Positions 38,410 to 49,144 are shown, counted from the whole stretch's first letter. The stretch is 63,822 bases of DNA, filler included, from Candidatus Zhuqueibacterota bacterium (GCA_016783505.1; 4 parts of 4 records of this genome joined end to end with filler, not necessarily neighbours in it), one strand, 5' to 3'. Program-made: numbers and translations. The notes: generated by a model not told the origin, from the letters alone.

Positions 38410-39216
38410 ATGGATCGCATGGATAAAGAACGCCTCAAGAAACTCGCTGGAAACCCAAAGTTCATTCCGGGTATTTATAATTCCTGTGATCGGTGGTGTG
38501 AACGTTGTCCGTTCACCTCACGCTGCCTGAATTTCGCAGTCGGTGAAGAACAATTTAATGATCCAAAATCCCGTGACATAAATAACAAGGCTTTCTGGGC
38601 AAAGCTGTCGGAAACGTTTCGGCTAACGCTTGAAATGTTGAAAGAAATGGCGGAGGAGGAGGGCATTGATCTGGATTCCATTGATCTTGAGAAAGGAGTG
38701 GAGGAAGAGAGGCGCAGAAGAGTAACTGCCAAGAACCACGAATGTTCCCGTGCGGCGAAGGTCTATGGGGAAATGGTGGATAACTGGTTCGATTCAGCAA
38801 AAGGACTATTTGAAAAAAAAGGTGATGAGCTAAGCTTAAAAGTACGGCTCGAGATACCGGATGTCAACCCAATTGGTGAAGCCGCCAGCCTCAAAGATGC
38901 AGTGGAAATCATCCGCTGGTATCAGCATCAGATTTACGTCAAACTTATGAGGGCAATTCGAGGGAGCTTGCAAGAAAGACCGGAGATTCTGGATGAATTT
39001 CCCAGGGACTCGGATGGTTCAGCAAAGGTGGCGTTGATTGCTATGGATCGTTCGATTGCTGCCTGGGGAGAAATCGGTAACCATTTCCCTGAACGAGAGG
39101 ATGACATCCTCGATCTGCTTGTGCATCTTGACCGGCTACGCAGGAAAACCGAGAAAGTTTTCCCTGCGGCAAGGGCATTTGTCCGACCGGGATTCGACGA
39201 AGTAGAACACGGATGA
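38410..39216 (+). CDS. Hypothetical protein with an N-terminal Cys cluster
   Basis: YNSCDRWCERCPFTSRC, DSDGSAKVA and terminal FVRPGFDE. Confidence 0.75.
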   Translation: MDRMDKERLKKLAGNPKFIPGIYNSCDRWCERCPFTSRCLNFAVGEEQFNDPKSRDINNKAFWAKLSETFRLTLEMLKEMAEEEGIDLDSIDLEKGVEEERRRRVTAKNHECSRAAKVYGEMVDNWFDSAKGLFEKKGDELSLKVRLEIPDVNPIGEAASLKDAVEIIRWYQHQIYVKLMRAIRGSLQERPEILDEFPRDSDGSAKVALIAMDRSIAAWGEIGNHFPEREDDILDLLVHLDRLRRKTEKVFPAARAFVRPGFDEVEHG

Positions 39217-39400
39217 CACGCCTGCCTGCCGCAGGCAGGGATAAGGCGGATTCACACGGATTGATAACATTAAATGTTTTATTATTCTGATAAAGCGGTT
39301 AAGCCGTTTTAATGGACTTTAAGGGTTAGTGGGAAAAATCCCAAATCTGGGGTAATGGAATCTGTGGCGCCTGTAGAGCGTTTATCAACAAATCAGAATC

Positions 39401-41050
39401 ATGAAAACTAACGGCTTAGAAAAGGAATTCCGACGGTGGGAAGATGGAGTGAAAGCCCATCTTAAAAATTTTCCGGAGAGTAAAACCAGTTTTAAGACCG
39501 ACGCTGGCATTCCCCTCGAAAGGATTTATTTGCCCCCGGCGGATGATGATTACTTGGATAAACTGGGTTTTCCCGGTCAGTATCCTTTTACCCGGGGGGT
39601 GCAGTCCACCATGTATCGGGGAAGGCTGTGGACTATGAGACAGTACGCAGGCTTCGGGTCGGCTGTCCAGACCAACCGCCGCTATCGGTACCTGCTTGCC
39701 CAGGGTCAGACTGGACTCTCGGTAGCCTTCGATCTGCCTACACAGATGGGCTACGATTCGGACCATCCTTTAGCTGAGGGGGAGGTGGGGAGGACCGGGG
39801 TGGCGGTTGATTCGCTGGCCGATATGGAAATTTTATTCCGGGGAATTAATCTGGAAAGGATTAGCACCTCGATGACCATAAATGCCCCCGCCGCCATTTT
39901 ACTGGCAATGATAATAGCCTTGGCCAAAAAGCAAGGGGTAAAGCTTTCTTTTCTGCGGGGCACGGTGCAGAACGACATCCTGAAGGAATACATCGCCCGG
40001 GGGACTTACATTTTCCCCCCGGGACCCTCGATACGGTTAACGGTGGACATCATGGCCTTTTGCCTGGAAAATCTGCCTCTGTGGAACACCCTGTCCATCT
40101 CCGGTTATCATATTCGCGAGGCGGGCGCCGATGCAGTTCAGGAGATGGCCTTCACCCTGGCGAACGGGATCGAATACGTCCGATCAGCCCTCGCTAGGGG
40201 TCTGTCGGTGGATTCCTTCGCCCCCAGGTTGAGCTTCTTTTTTAATGTGCACAACGACCTTTTTGAGGAGGTGGCCAAGTTTCGGGCCGCCCGTCGGGTA
40301 TGGGCCCGTATCATGAAGAAGCAATTCGGGGCTCAGGATCCCCGCTCGATGATGTTGCGCTTTCATACCCAGACCGCCGGCTGCACCCTTACCGCGCAGC
40401 AGCCCGAAAACAACATCGTCCGGGTGACCATCCAGGCCCTGGCGGCGGTTCTGGGGGGCACCCAGTCTTTACACACCAATTCCTGGGACGAGGCTTTGGC
40501 TTTACCGTCGGAGAAGGCGGCCAGAACCGCCCTCCGCACCCAGCAGATCATCGCCCACGAAAGCGGGATCGCCAATACAGCCGACCCCCTGGGGGGAGCC
40601 TACTTTGTAGAGAACCTGACCGATGAAATCGAAAACATGATTCTGGAATATTTAGAACGCATCGAAGCGATGGGGGGGGCCATTAAAGCGGTTGAAAAGG
40701 GATTCTTTCAGCAGGAGATCGCCCGCAGCGCCTATCAATATCAGAAGGCCGTTGAGTCGGGGGAAAAGGTGATCGTAGGGGTGAACCGATTTCAAGAACC
40801 AGAGTGCGGGAAGGCCCCTGTCCTTTCGGTTAATCCCGCTATCGAAATAGAACAGAAAAAGAGGCTTCAACAGCTTAAAAAAGGGCGGAATACCGAAAAG
40901 GTCCATGCGGCCTTGGCTGAGCTCGAAGGGGCTGCCAGAGGGGAGGAAAACCTGATGCCGGCGATCTTAGAATGTGTGGAAAGTTACGCAACCCTGGGGG
41001 AAATCACCATGGCTTTAAAGACTGTATTCGGGGAATATCGGGGATCTTAA
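39401..41050 (+). CDS. Methylmalonyl-CoA mutase family, substrate-binding (large) subunit
   Basis: [15 protein letters not shown] (Tyr), [12 protein letters not shown] (Arg) and SGYHIRE; no fused B12-binding domain. Confidence 0.93.
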   Translation: MKTNGLEKEFRRWEDGVKAHLKNFPESKTSFKTDAGIPLERIYLPPADDDYLDKLGFPGQYPFTRGVQSTMYRGRLWTMRQYAGFGSAVQTNRRYRYLLAQGQTGLSVAFDLPTQMGYDSDHPLAEGEVGRTGVAVDSLADMEILFRGINLERISTSMTINAPAAILLAMIIALAKKQGVKLSFLRGTVQNDILKEYIARGTYIFPPGPSIRLTVDIMAFCLENLPLWNTLSISGYHIREAGADAVQEMAFTLANGIEYVRSALARGLSVDSFAPRLSFFFNVHNDLFEEVAKFRAARRVWARIMKKQFGAQDPRSMMLRFHTQTAGCTLTAQQPENNIVRVTIQALAAVLGGTQSLHTNSWDEALALPSEKAARTALRTQQIIAHESGIANTADPLGGAYFVENLTDEIENMILEYLERIEAMGGAIKAVEKGFFQQEIARSAYQYQKAVESGEKVIVGVNRFQEPECGKAPVLSVNPAIEIEQKKRLQQLKKGRNTEKVHAALAELEGAARGEENLMPAILECVESYATLGEITMALKTVFGEYRGS

Positions 41051-41241
41051 TGAAGCCTATGTTAAAAAACCGACCATTCTTACTTACTCTTACTATTACC
41101 ACCTGATTATCACAAAAGAACCCTAAATTTTTCTTAGACCAGTACCGATTAGGATAGCTGAGGACGGAGCAGATAAAGCAGCTGTCCTCCGCTGTTGGAT
41201 CATTGCTCCTCGAGGGGACTTTTTATTTTTCAATTTTTTCT

Positions 41242-41277
41242 TTGAAAACTACACATTTTTTGTTATATTAATGTGTA
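41242..41277 (+). promoter_or_regulatory. TA-operon promoter with a palindromic operator
   Basis: TTGAAA-16 nt-TATATT with a TG extension; inverted repeat TACACATT (41250-41257) / AATGTGTA (41270-41277) straddles the -10. Confidence 0.6.
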
Positions 41278-41308
41278 TTATAAAGAGGTTAAAAAGAGGG
41301 AGTTTGAG

Positions 41309-41548
41309 ATGATCAGGATAAATGCAACTTTTGATGAGGATTTCTTGAAGCGGGTGGATCAGGAGGCTCAAAGAGAAAAGACCAGCAGAAGTGGGTTTAT
41401 TCGCAAGGCCATTGAAGAGTACTTGCGTATGAAACAAAGGGAAGATCAAATCCGAAGGGCTATGTCTATCCAGGATTCCATTAGAAAGAAGAGCGGGTTA
41501 AGAAATGCTTTCCAACAGATCCGGGCTAATCGAAACCGAAGATGCTGA
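41309..41548 (+). CDS. Ribbon-helix-helix (CopG-like) antitoxin
   Basis: RINATFDEDFLKRVD...SRSGFIRKAIEEYL. Confidence 0.85.
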   Translation: MIRINATFDEDFLKRVDQEAQREKTSRSGFIRKAIEEYLRMKQREDQIRRAMSIQDSIRKKSGLRNAFQQIRANRNRRC

Positions 41549-42002
41549 GGTATATATTTTAGATTCCTCAGTAGTTATAAAATGGTTTTCTGCTGAGGAT
41601 GAACCTTACCTGAAGGAAGCCCTCCTTCTTCGCAGAGGGTTTTTAGAGCAACGGTGGTGTCTGGCCATCCCCGACCTGGTCTTATATGAAGTGGCCAATG
41701 TTTTACATATCAAAACACCGTTGACTGTCCGGGATGTTGAGAATGCACTCGCCAGTTTAGAATTGATGGGATTGGAGGTCATTTTTCCTGAGCTTTCGTT
41801 ATTGTGTAGAGCGGTCTTTTTTGCTGAAGAATGGGGGCTTTCAGTGTATGATGCCGTTTTTGTGGCCCTCGCCGAAGGTACGGGTTTCCCCTTGATTACA
41901 GCTGACGCGGAATGTCTAAGAAAACTTGAGGGTCATAGACTTCCTGAGAATTTACAGGTTTATCTATTACAAGATCTTGGCCTTACAGAATCAATATTAT
42001 AG
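41505..42002 (+). CDS. vapC: VapC-family PIN domain toxin
   Basis: ILDSSVVIKW, YEVAN, YDAVFVALA and LITAD. Confidence 0.88.
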   Translation: MLSNRSGLIETEDAEVYILDSSVVIKWFSAEDEPYLKEALLLRRGFLEQRWCLAIPDLVLYEVANVLHIKTPLTVRDVENALASLELMGLEVIFPELSLLCRAVFFAEEWGLSVYDAVFVALAEGTGFPLITADAECLRKLEGHRLPENLQVYLLQDLGLTESIL

Positions 42003-42010
42003 GGGACAGA

Positions 42011-42874
42011 ATGCCCGGCCAGCTCAACGAAGAGGAAATTTTAAGGGGGTTGAAGACCAGGTTTATGGCACGGAGCCTGAAAATTTTCAATAATATTAAA
42101 TCCACCAACGACCATGCCCGTTTACTGGCGGAAAACGGTGCCCCTGAGGGCACGGTGATCCTGGCCGACTGGCAGTCGAAAGGTAAGGGGCGGATGGGTC
42201 GAAGCTGGGAGTCGGCGGCTGGGAAAGGAGTCTGGTTTTCCATCATCCTGAGGCCCAACCTCTCTGTTGACAGGGCACCCCTGCTAAACCTGATGGGAGC
42301 CCTGGCCGTTTATCGAACGATCCTCGGATTGGGGGATTCGTGGTCTTCCACTAATCCCAAACTTTCTTTGAAATGGCCAAATGATGTGCTCCTGGATGGG
42401 AAGAAGGTATGCGGCATTCTATCCGAATTGGGTACTGATGAGGACCGAGTCCAGTATGTAGTGGTGGGTGTGGGTCTCAACATCAACCATGCCCCCGAGG
42501 ATTTTTCCCCTGCTATCCGGCATCAGGCCACTTCACTGAAATTGGGGTGGGAAAGCAAAGAGGAGCTGCCCAGGAATTCCATCTTTTCTGCCGTTATTAA
42601 CCAATTTGAGAAGGATTACCTTGTAAACTTAAAGGATAACTTTAAGATTACGGTGGACGACTGGATGGCTGAAACGGGTATGATCGGGAGGGTTGTCCGA
42701 CTCAGACAGGGGCGAAGAACATTCGAAGGGTATGTCAAGGACCTGGGAAGCGGGGGTGAACTGATCCTTCAGACAGAAGGGGGTGGTCTAGTTTCAGTGA
42801 CTTCCGGGGAGGTGGACTTATTAGGGGTTAATGCAGTCAACCGAAGTTTAAATCACCTTAACTTAGTGCCTTAG
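42011..42874 (+). CDS. birA: Biotin-protein ligase
   Basis: STND, QSKGKGRMGRSW, KWPND and KVCGIL; no N-terminal HTH. Confidence 0.95.
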   Translation: MPGQLNEEEILRGLKTRFMARSLKIFNNIKSTNDHARLLAENGAPEGTVILADWQSKGKGRMGRSWESAAGKGVWFSIILRPNLSVDRAPLLNLMGALAVYRTILGLGDSWSSTNPKLSLKWPNDVLLDGKKVCGILSELGTDEDRVQYVVVGVGLNINHAPEDFSPAIRHQATSLKLGWESKEELPRNSIFSAVINQFEKDYLVNLKDNFKITVDDWMAETGMIGRVVRLRQGRRTFEGYVKDLGSGGELILQTEGGGLVSVTSGEVDLLGVNAVNRSLNHLNLVP

Positions 42875-43082
42875 TTCCCAAAAATTCGGTGACCTAAATT
42901 TGATATAACAAATGCCAGCACTCGGACGTCTAACCCTGATCCGGCGACTGCCGGGGAAGGGTCTCAACCCCTCAGAGATTCTTCATCCGTTAATTAAGAT
43001 TTGACAAAGTCTATGATCTTGTCTTAATTGACTTTGGACTTTTTATTATATGCTTATCAATTTATAAAATATCCGGGTTGCT

Positions 43083-43850
43083 ATGTTACTGGTAATGGAC
43101 ATCGGTAATACCAACGTTGTGTTGGGGATTTATGATGGGGACGAGCTTAAGGCCCACTGGCGGCTCTCGGCGTCGGTCAGCCGTACGGTTGATGAAAGCT
43201 GGATCATGGTGCGCATGTTCTGCCAAAATAGCGGGATTCAGGCAAAAGAGATCACCGGAGTGGCCTTAGCCTCAGTAGTGCCTAATCTGACCCCGGTGTT
43301 CGTTGAGATGGTGAACGCCTATTTAGGCGTCAAGGTTATTGAGGTGACCGCCGATGTTTGTCCATATTTAGTCATACATTACGATAACCCCCATTTGGTA
43401 GGGGCCGATCGCCTCTGCAACGCCGTGGCCGGCTACGTCAAATTTGGGGGTCCCCTGATAATCGTTGATTTTGGAACCGCCACCACCTTCGATGTAATCG
43501 AAAAAAAAGGGGATTATTTAGGGGGGGTCATCGCCCCCGGGGTGGAGACCTCGGCCCTGGACCTTCACCAAAGAGCCGCCAGGCTGCCCAAGGTGGAATT
43601 TGCCTACCCCCCGAAGGTCATCGGAACCAGTACCGAGGGAAGCATAAAGGCGGGTATCCTGTACGGGGCGGTGGACCTGGTGGACGGCATGGTTCATAGA
43701 ATCTGGGACGAACTGGGAGGAAAAACCCAGGTGGTGGCCACCGGGGGCTTCGCCCCCCTGATCGCAGAAAGATCCGCTACCATTGGTTCCATAGAACCCT
43801 TTTTAGTTTTAGAGGGCCTAAGGATTATTTACATGCGTGCCAATAGATGA
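43083..43850 (+). CDS. coaX: Type III pantothenate kinase
   Basis: DIGNT, GADR, DFGTATT and ATGG. Confidence 0.95.
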   Translation: MLLVMDIGNTNVVLGIYDGDELKAHWRLSASVSRTVDESWIMVRMFCQNSGIQAKEITGVALASVVPNLTPVFVEMVNAYLGVKVIEVTADVCPYLVIHYDNPHLVGADRLCNAVAGYVKFGGPLIIVDFGTATTFDVIEKKGDYLGGVIAPGVETSALDLHQRAARLPKVEFAYPPKVIGTSTEGSIKAGILYGAVDLVDGMVHRIWDELGGKTQVVATGGFAPLIAERSATIGSIEPFLVLEGLRIIYMRANR

Positions 43851-43991
43851 GAAGGCAAAAGTCAAAAGATGACCCGACCTACGTTTCTGACTGTGTTATC
43901 AAAATCTTAACTTTATAAAATTCATAGTGTTCCAGCGACATCGTTACAAACGGCGTCGAATCAATTGAAACTTTTGGACAAAAATCAATAA

Positions 43992-45524
43992 ATGAGTGTT
44001 AAAAATTACTTTCTGTCCATAATTTGCTTCCCGTTGCTTTTTACCTGGATTTGGGCCCAACCCCGGATTGATGTCGTCTATCCCCGGGATGAAGATGGCG
44101 ATGGACACATTTACATGCGAGAGATAGACTCCACCTTCATTTTCGGATCGGTATTTCCATCTAAATCCAAACTTGAAATCAACGGACTCTCTGTTGACAT
44201 ATATAAAAATGGAGCTTTTTTGGCTTTCGTTACGGTTCCTCGTAAAGGGCCTTTCGATCTCTGTTGTGTTGCCTCCCTGAATGGGGCTGCCGACACGGTG
44301 TGGGTATCCATTGAGCGTCTTCAGCCGGAACCTGAGGTTATGTCGGATAGTTTACTGGATTCCCTTACTATTATGGGGTTTGATTCTCTGCTGGTTGATT
44401 CGGTGTTCCCCGGGGTTGTATTTCCCCGGCTGGCGGAGTTTATCCGGCCATACAACGTGGTGCAGACCCATCCAGAGGGGGTTTACTATTTTTTTCCTTT
44501 AAAGGGAACCAGGGCTCTGGTTTGGGAAGCTAAGGAGGACTTTTATCGGCTGGAGCTTTCCCCGACTGAGGAGGGTTGGGCCCACGGGCATTACTTAAGC
44601 CTTCGTGACTCTTTAGAAGAAATTCCAGTTAATTTCGTTGATGACATCCTCGTCAAGGATCTTTGTGATCGTACCCGCATTACATTTCTCGTTGAGGAAA
44701 AACCCCTCTTTCGGGTAGATCAAGACCCTGAGCTTAAGACACTAACCCTCACCTTTTATCGTACCAGAGCCGCCACGAACATCATCACCTATGATTTTCA
44801 AAACCCCCAGGTTAGCCGGATTAAGTGGGAGCAGCCCGGCCAGGATGTCTACCGATTAGTGATTAAATTGAACCACCGCCAGCCCTGGGGCTACCGTACC
44901 GAATACCAAAACGGCAGGTTCATCCTTGATCTGCGAAAACCTCCCATTATCCACCGTCATGTTCTTGAGGGGAGGAAGATTTGCATTGACCCCGGACACG
45001 GGGGCGAGGAAGATGGGGCTATCGGTCCCACCCGGCTTTTGGAAAAGGATATAAATTTGGCCGTGAGTCTGTCTTTAAGGAAAATGCTGGAAAGAAGGGG
45101 TGCCCAGGTGGTGTTAACCCGGGAGGGGGACCGGGACATGGGTCTTTATGAGAGGGTTGCGTTTGCCGACTCGGCGGGTGCTGACCTTTTAATCTCCATC
45201 CATCACAACGCCCTGCCAGATGGGATCAATCCCTTCATCAATCACGGCAGCGGCACCTATTATTATCAGCCCCAGAGCCTGCCCCTGGCTCGGGCCATTC
45301 ACAAGAATCTCTTAAAAACTTTAAAACTGAATGATTACGGTCTGTATTACGATAACCTGGCCCTATGTCGGCCCACCTGGCCCCCGGCGGTGCTGGTGGA
45401 AGCGGCCTTCATGATGTATCCCCCCGAGGAAGAATTATTAAAAAAGAAGCGATTTCAGAAAAGGATCGCCAGGGCGGTTTACAGAGGGATTGTCGAATTT
45501 CTAAATGAGTGTCGGGAAGAATAA
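43992..45524 (+). CDS. N-acetylmuramoyl-L-alanine amidase (Amidase_3)
   Basis: Signal peptide, IDPGHGG, EKDIN, SIHHN and VLVE. Confidence 0.92.
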   Translation: MSVKNYFLSIICFPLLFTWIWAQPRIDVVYPRDEDGDGHIYMREIDSTFIFGSVFPSKSKLEINGLSVDIYKNGAFLAFVTVPRKGPFDLCCVASLNGAADTVWVSIERLQPEPEVMSDSLLDSLTIMGFDSLLVDSVFPGVVFPRLAEFIRPYNVVQTHPEGVYYFFPLKGTRALVWEAKEDFYRLELSPTEEGWAHGHYLSLRDSLEEIPVNFVDDILVKDLCDRTRITFLVEEKPLFRVDQDPELKTLTLTFYRTRAATNIITYDFQNPQVSRIKWEQPGQDVYRLVIKLNHRQPWGYRTEYQNGRFILDLRKPPIIHRHVLEGRKICIDPGHGGEEDGAIGPTRLLEKDINLAVSLSLRKMLERRGAQVVLTREGDRDMGLYERVAFADSAGADLLISIHHNALPDGINPFINHGSGTYYYQPQSLPLARAIHKNLLKTLKLNDYGLYYDNLALCRPTWPPAVLVEAAFMMYPPEEELLKKKRFQKRIARAVYRGIVEFLNECREE

Positions 45525-45525
45525 T

Positions 45526-45646
45526 CCCAAATCCGGAAATTCAACACTGAATTTTTGATTGCTAATTGCCAATTATTAAAACGTAGGCTCCAGTATCAAT
45601 GAGCAATCATCAATCATTTTAGTGACAATCTGTGAAATCTGTGGTT
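45526..45646. repeat. Dispersed ~110-130 bp hairpin repeat, copy 3 (inverted)
   Basis: CCCAAATCCGGAAATTCAACACTG...GATTGCTAATTG...TAGGCTCCA...CAATCATTT matches the reverse complement of 11085-11200. Confidence 0.7.
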
Positions 45647-45682
45647 GAGGATTTCATAACGGTCCTCATTAAACTTTTACGA

Positions 45683-46372
45683 ATGAAATTACATCACCTT
45701 CATTCCTGGGATGTTTCCCCTAGCGGGGCGGTGACCCTTCAAAACGAGTTAAGGGGAAAAGTTCTTTTAACCGAGGGGTTGAAAGAAGTCCAATTTATTG
45801 CAGGGGCTGATGTAAGCTATTCAAAGGGTGATGACCTTCTTTGGGCCGGGGTTTTGGTGTTCACCTGGCCCGGGTTGATCCTAGTAGAAGAACAAGTGGT
45901 TCAGGGAAAGGCTTCTTTCACTTATATTCCCGGTTTGCTTACCTTCCGTGAAGGTCCCGTTCTACTGAGGGCGTTTGAAAAGCTGAAAACCGATTCTGAT
46001 CTGATTCTGTTCGACGGTCAGGGGATGGCTCATCCCCGGGGGATGGGGATTGCCTCCCATCTGGGGCTGTGGCTGGGCCGACCCACGCTGGGATGTGCCA
46101 AGAGCCGGCTGGTGGGCAAGCATGATGAAGTGGGGATAAAAGCGGGGAGCTTTTCCTATCTGGAACACAAAGGCCGGGTTGTGGGGGCCGCTCTGAGGAC
46201 CAAGGATCGGGTTAACCCCGTCTATGTCTCACCGGGATATGGGCTATCACTTGAAGAAGCTATTGAGTGGACATTGAAAACCTGTCGAGGGTATCGGCTT
46301 CCGGAACCCACTCGACAGGCTCACTTGGCCGTCAACAGGATCCGCCTGCAGGAAAGCAAGTCTAAAGAATAA
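45683..46372 (+). CDS. nfi: Endonuclease V
   Basis: GADVSY, YIPGLLTFRE, DGQGMAHPRGMGIASH and YRLPEPTR. Confidence 0.96.
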   Translation: MKLHHLHSWDVSPSGAVTLQNELRGKVLLTEGLKEVQFIAGADVSYSKGDDLLWAGVLVFTWPGLILVEEQVVQGKASFTYIPGLLTFREGPVLLRAFEKLKTDSDLILFDGQGMAHPRGMGIASHLGLWLGRPTLGCAKSRLVGKHDEVGIKAGSFSYLEHKGRVVGAALRTKDRVNPVYVSPGYGLSLEEAIEWTLKTCRGYRLPEPTRQAHLAVNRIRLQESKSKE

Positions 46373-46382
46373 CAAACTGAAC

Positions 46383-46460
46383 TAAGGGATAAAAAGGCTT
46401 AAAAGGGCTTCAAAAGGCTAAAAGGGCATAGAAGGCATAAAAGGCTTATAGGGATGAAAG
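46383..46460. repeat. Degenerate 9-10-nt tandem repeat (AAAAGGCTT-like)
   Basis: About 8 imperfect units between nfi and the HDAC gene. Confidence 0.6.
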
Positions 46461-46677
46461 CACTTTTGCTTGAACATTACAGACATGCAGTCCGAAAACC
46501 CATGATGTATGGGTACGAGTGGCATAGAGCGAATAGGTCTAAATAAATTCCCATACTAATCGAAATGGGAATTCCGATAAATCGTGATGAATCATCCCGT
46601 CCAAGTTCTAATCCAATTGATTGGATTTGTAGAGAACCTTAGGATAGTAATTGATTACTATCCATGCATCTGATACT

Positions 46678-47619
46678 ATGACAGGGCTTGTCTATCACCC
46701 CGATTATTTGAAACATGATCCCGGTCCCGGTCATCCCGAGAGACCCGAACGGCTGACGGCTATCCGGGATCATCTGGAAAAGCAGGCACTTTTGAAAAAA
46801 CTGGTCTTAATTAACCCGGAACCAGCGGCATTGGAATGGGTGGAGAGGGTCCATACCACCGCCCATATCCATTTTGTCAGGGATGTGGCGGGACGTGGGG
46901 GTGGGCTGCTGGATTTCGGGGATACACCAGTTTCACGGGAGTCTTACCGTGCCGGTCTGCTGGCCGTCGGTGGGGTTATCGGCGCCATAGATGCTGTGTT
47001 GGGGGGGAAGGTCCATAATGTCTTCTGCGCCTTAAGACCCCCCGGTCATCACGCCGAACGGGACCGAGCGATGGGATTTTGTCTGTTCAACAATATCGCC
47101 ATCGGGGCCCGATACGTCCAACAGCACTATGGATTGAAAAAGGTTTTCATCGTGGATTGGGACCTCCATCACGGCAACGGCACCCAGCATATTTTCTACC
47201 AAGATCCCACCGTGTTCTACTTTAGTCTCCATCAGTTCCCTTATTACCCGGGGACGGGGGCCGCTTCCGAAACCGGTAAAGGGGAGGGTGAGGGTTTTAC
47301 CTTCAACGTCCCCATGCTTGCCGGGCAGGGAGACGAGGAATATCTTGGTATATTACGGAAAGATTTTCGTCAACTGGTGGAAAAGTTCAAGCCGGATTTT
47401 ATACTTATTTCTGCCGGCTTCGATGCCCACCGGGATGACCCCTTGGGGGGGATCAATCTGTCCACTAACGGCTTCCGGGAGATAACCCGGATCGTCAAGG
47501 AGGCCGCCGGCCAGCTCTGTCAAGGGAGGCTGGTTTCTACGTTGGAAGGGGGATATAACCTAACTGCCCTGGCAGAGAGCGTGGCTGCCCATGTGGGGGA
47601 ATTGCATCAGACCGTTTAA
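46678..47619 (+). CDS. Histone deacetylase family amidohydrolase
   Basis: HPERPER, RPPGHHA, GFCLFNN, DLHHGNGTQ and LEGGY. Confidence 0.95.
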   Translation: MTGLVYHPDYLKHDPGPGHPERPERLTAIRDHLEKQALLKKLVLINPEPAALEWVERVHTTAHIHFVRDVAGRGGGLLDFGDTPVSRESYRAGLLAVGGVIGAIDAVLGGKVHNVFCALRPPGHHAERDRAMGFCLFNNIAIGARYVQQHYGLKKVFIVDWDLHHGNGTQHIFYQDPTVFYFSLHQFPYYPGTGAASETGKGEGEGFTFNVPMLAGQGDEEYLGILRKDFRQLVEKFKPDFILISAGFDAHRDDPLGGINLSTNGFREITRIVKEAAGQLCQGRLVSTLEGGYNLTALAESVAAHVGELHQTV

Positions 47620-47691
47620 ATGCAAAGTGTGAAGTTTGAAGTGGAAAAAGTTAATAGAATGAATAACTTAAATCAAATGGGAGCGAGAAAA

Positions 47692-48453
47692 ATGTTTAGA
47701 TTTGCAGTAATAATAGGACAGCTAGTTTTGATCGTTGGTATTCTTAATTGCACTCAATACCAGGAGAAAAAGTTATCGGAAGGGGAAATGAAAGAGAAAG
47801 GTGAGAAATACGCCAAGCGGCGGGCAGAGATGGTTGCCCACCAGATCAAGGCCCGGGGGGTCAAAGACAAGCTGGTGCTTCAGGCTATGGGGAAGGTCCC
47901 CCGGGAGAAGTTCGTCCCCCTGGCCCTGAAGCCCATGGCCTATTTTGACCAGCCCCTGCCTATCGGGGAGGGCCAGACCATCTCCCAACCATACATCGTG
48001 GCTTTAATGACTGAACTTATGGGGTTAAAGGGGGGGGAGAAGGTGCTGGAGATCGGCACCGGGTCGGGATACCAGGCGGCCATTTTAGCCGAGATCGCCG
48101 CCGAGGTTTATAGCATTGAAATCGTCAAGCCCTTGGCCGACAAGTCCCGGACGAGGCTGGAAAATATGGGATACCGGAACGTCACCGTTCGCTGCGGGGA
48201 CGGTTACCAGGGGTGGCCGGAGCAAGCCCCCTTTGATGCCACAATTGTCACCGCGGCCCCAGAACATATCCCACAGCCGCTGGTGGATCAGCTCAAGGTA
48301 GGGGGGAGGCTGGTCATTCCCGTGGGGGATTGGTATCAGGAACTAGTTCTGATTACCAAGGGAAAGAAAGGGATAACCAAGAAAAAAATCATCCCCGTGA
48401 GGTTCGTCCCTATGACCGGCGAGGCCCAGGAAAGAGAGAAAGAAAAGGAGTGA
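47692..48453 (+). CDS. pcm: Protein-L-isoaspartate O-methyltransferase with an N-terminal lipoprotein-like signal
   Basis: [26 protein letters not shown] and VRFVPM. Confidence 0.93.
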   Translation: MFRFAVIIGQLVLIVGILNCTQYQEKKLSEGEMKEKGEKYAKRRAEMVAHQIKARGVKDKLVLQAMGKVPREKFVPLALKPMAYFDQPLPIGEGQTISQPYIVALMTELMGLKGGEKVLEIGTGSGYQAAILAEIAAEVYSIEIVKPLADKSRTRLENMGYRNVTVRCGDGYQGWPEQAPFDATIVTAAPEHIPQPLVDQLKVGGRLVIPVGDWYQELVLITKGKKGITKKKIIPVRFVPMTGEAQEREKEKE

Positions 48454-48628
48454 ATATTCGGATATCCGAAGTAGAGTTTTTTGGATTGCTTTCCCGAAAC
48501 TTCGGGATTGAAACAATGCAGTGACATCCCGAATAATCGGGACAGGCTGGTCACTGCACTCCAAATTTTACTTAAGGAAAAATCCACATTTTCAATATAA
48601 ATCCTAAAAATGATACGGATGATCAGCC

Positions 48629-48901
48629 ATGGATTTAAAGACCTTTTTTGTTACCTTCGGCATGATCTTTTTAGCCGAGCTAGGTGATAAGACCCAACTG
48701 GCGGTCTTGTCTCTGACCGCAGATACCCGAAAACCAGTGGCTATCTTTTTGGGTGCCATGATCGCCTTTGCTGCCATTACCCTGCTGGCAGTGATCTTCG
48801 GAGAGGCGCTGGCCAAATTCGTCCCCGAATTTTATCTTAAAAAGGCGGTGGCTTTGATTTTCATCGGCGTCGGGATCATTATTTTTCTGGGGAAATATTG
48901 A
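48629..48901 (+). CDS. TMEM165/GDT1 (UPF0016) family membrane protein, single repeat
   Basis: FLAELGDKTQL motif, 3 TM helices. Confidence 0.92.
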   Translation: MDLKTFFVTFGMIFLAELGDKTQLAVLSLTADTRKPVAIFLGAMIAFAAITLLAVIFGEALAKFVPEFYLKKAVALIFIGVGIIIFLGKY

Positions 48902-48929
48902 TCAATACCAGAGAACAGCCTAAGCTGAC

Positions 48930-49029
48930 NNNNNNNNNNNNNNNNNNNNNNNNNNNNNNNNNNNNNNNNNNNNTTAATTAATTAANNNNNNNNNNNNNNN
49001 NNNNNNNNNNNNNNNNNNNNNNNNNNNNN
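48930..49029. other. Artificial contig linker
   Basis: N-run, TTAATTAATTAA, N-run. Confidence 0.98.
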
Positions 49030-49030
49030 T

Positions 49031-49144
49031 ATTGACTTCGATAAGGGGCTTCTTTCCGTACTCACCCCCCTACCGGAAGAGGCCGCAGTAGGTGCTATCG
49101 CCCTCAGTGACTTAAGGATTACCCGGGAAGGAAAACAACTTTAA
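49031..49144 (+). CDS. 3' end of a gene truncated at contig start, possibly a Clp1-like polynucleotide kinase
   Basis: Open frame IDFDKGLLSVLTPLPEEAAVGAIALSDLRITREGKQL*. The family call is a weak resemblance only. Confidence 0.35.
   Translation: MDFDKGLLSVLTPLPEEAAVGAIALSDLRITREGKQL

Noticed and set aside
39401-41050. Isobutyryl-CoA mutase
   Set aside because: It has RQYAGF (Tyr) and the conserved Arg, which fit methylmalonyl-CoA-type specificity.
41150-41200. GAGGACGG...CTGTCCTC hairpin after the mutase gene as a cobalamin riboswitch
   Set aside because: It lies downstream of the gene, is too short, and has no B12-box consensus.
46383-46460. Tandem repeats as a CRISPR array (also 25632-25672, 31307-31350, 49200-49226)
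   Set aside because: These are 8-10-nt degenerate units with no unique spacers, and no cas genes are present.
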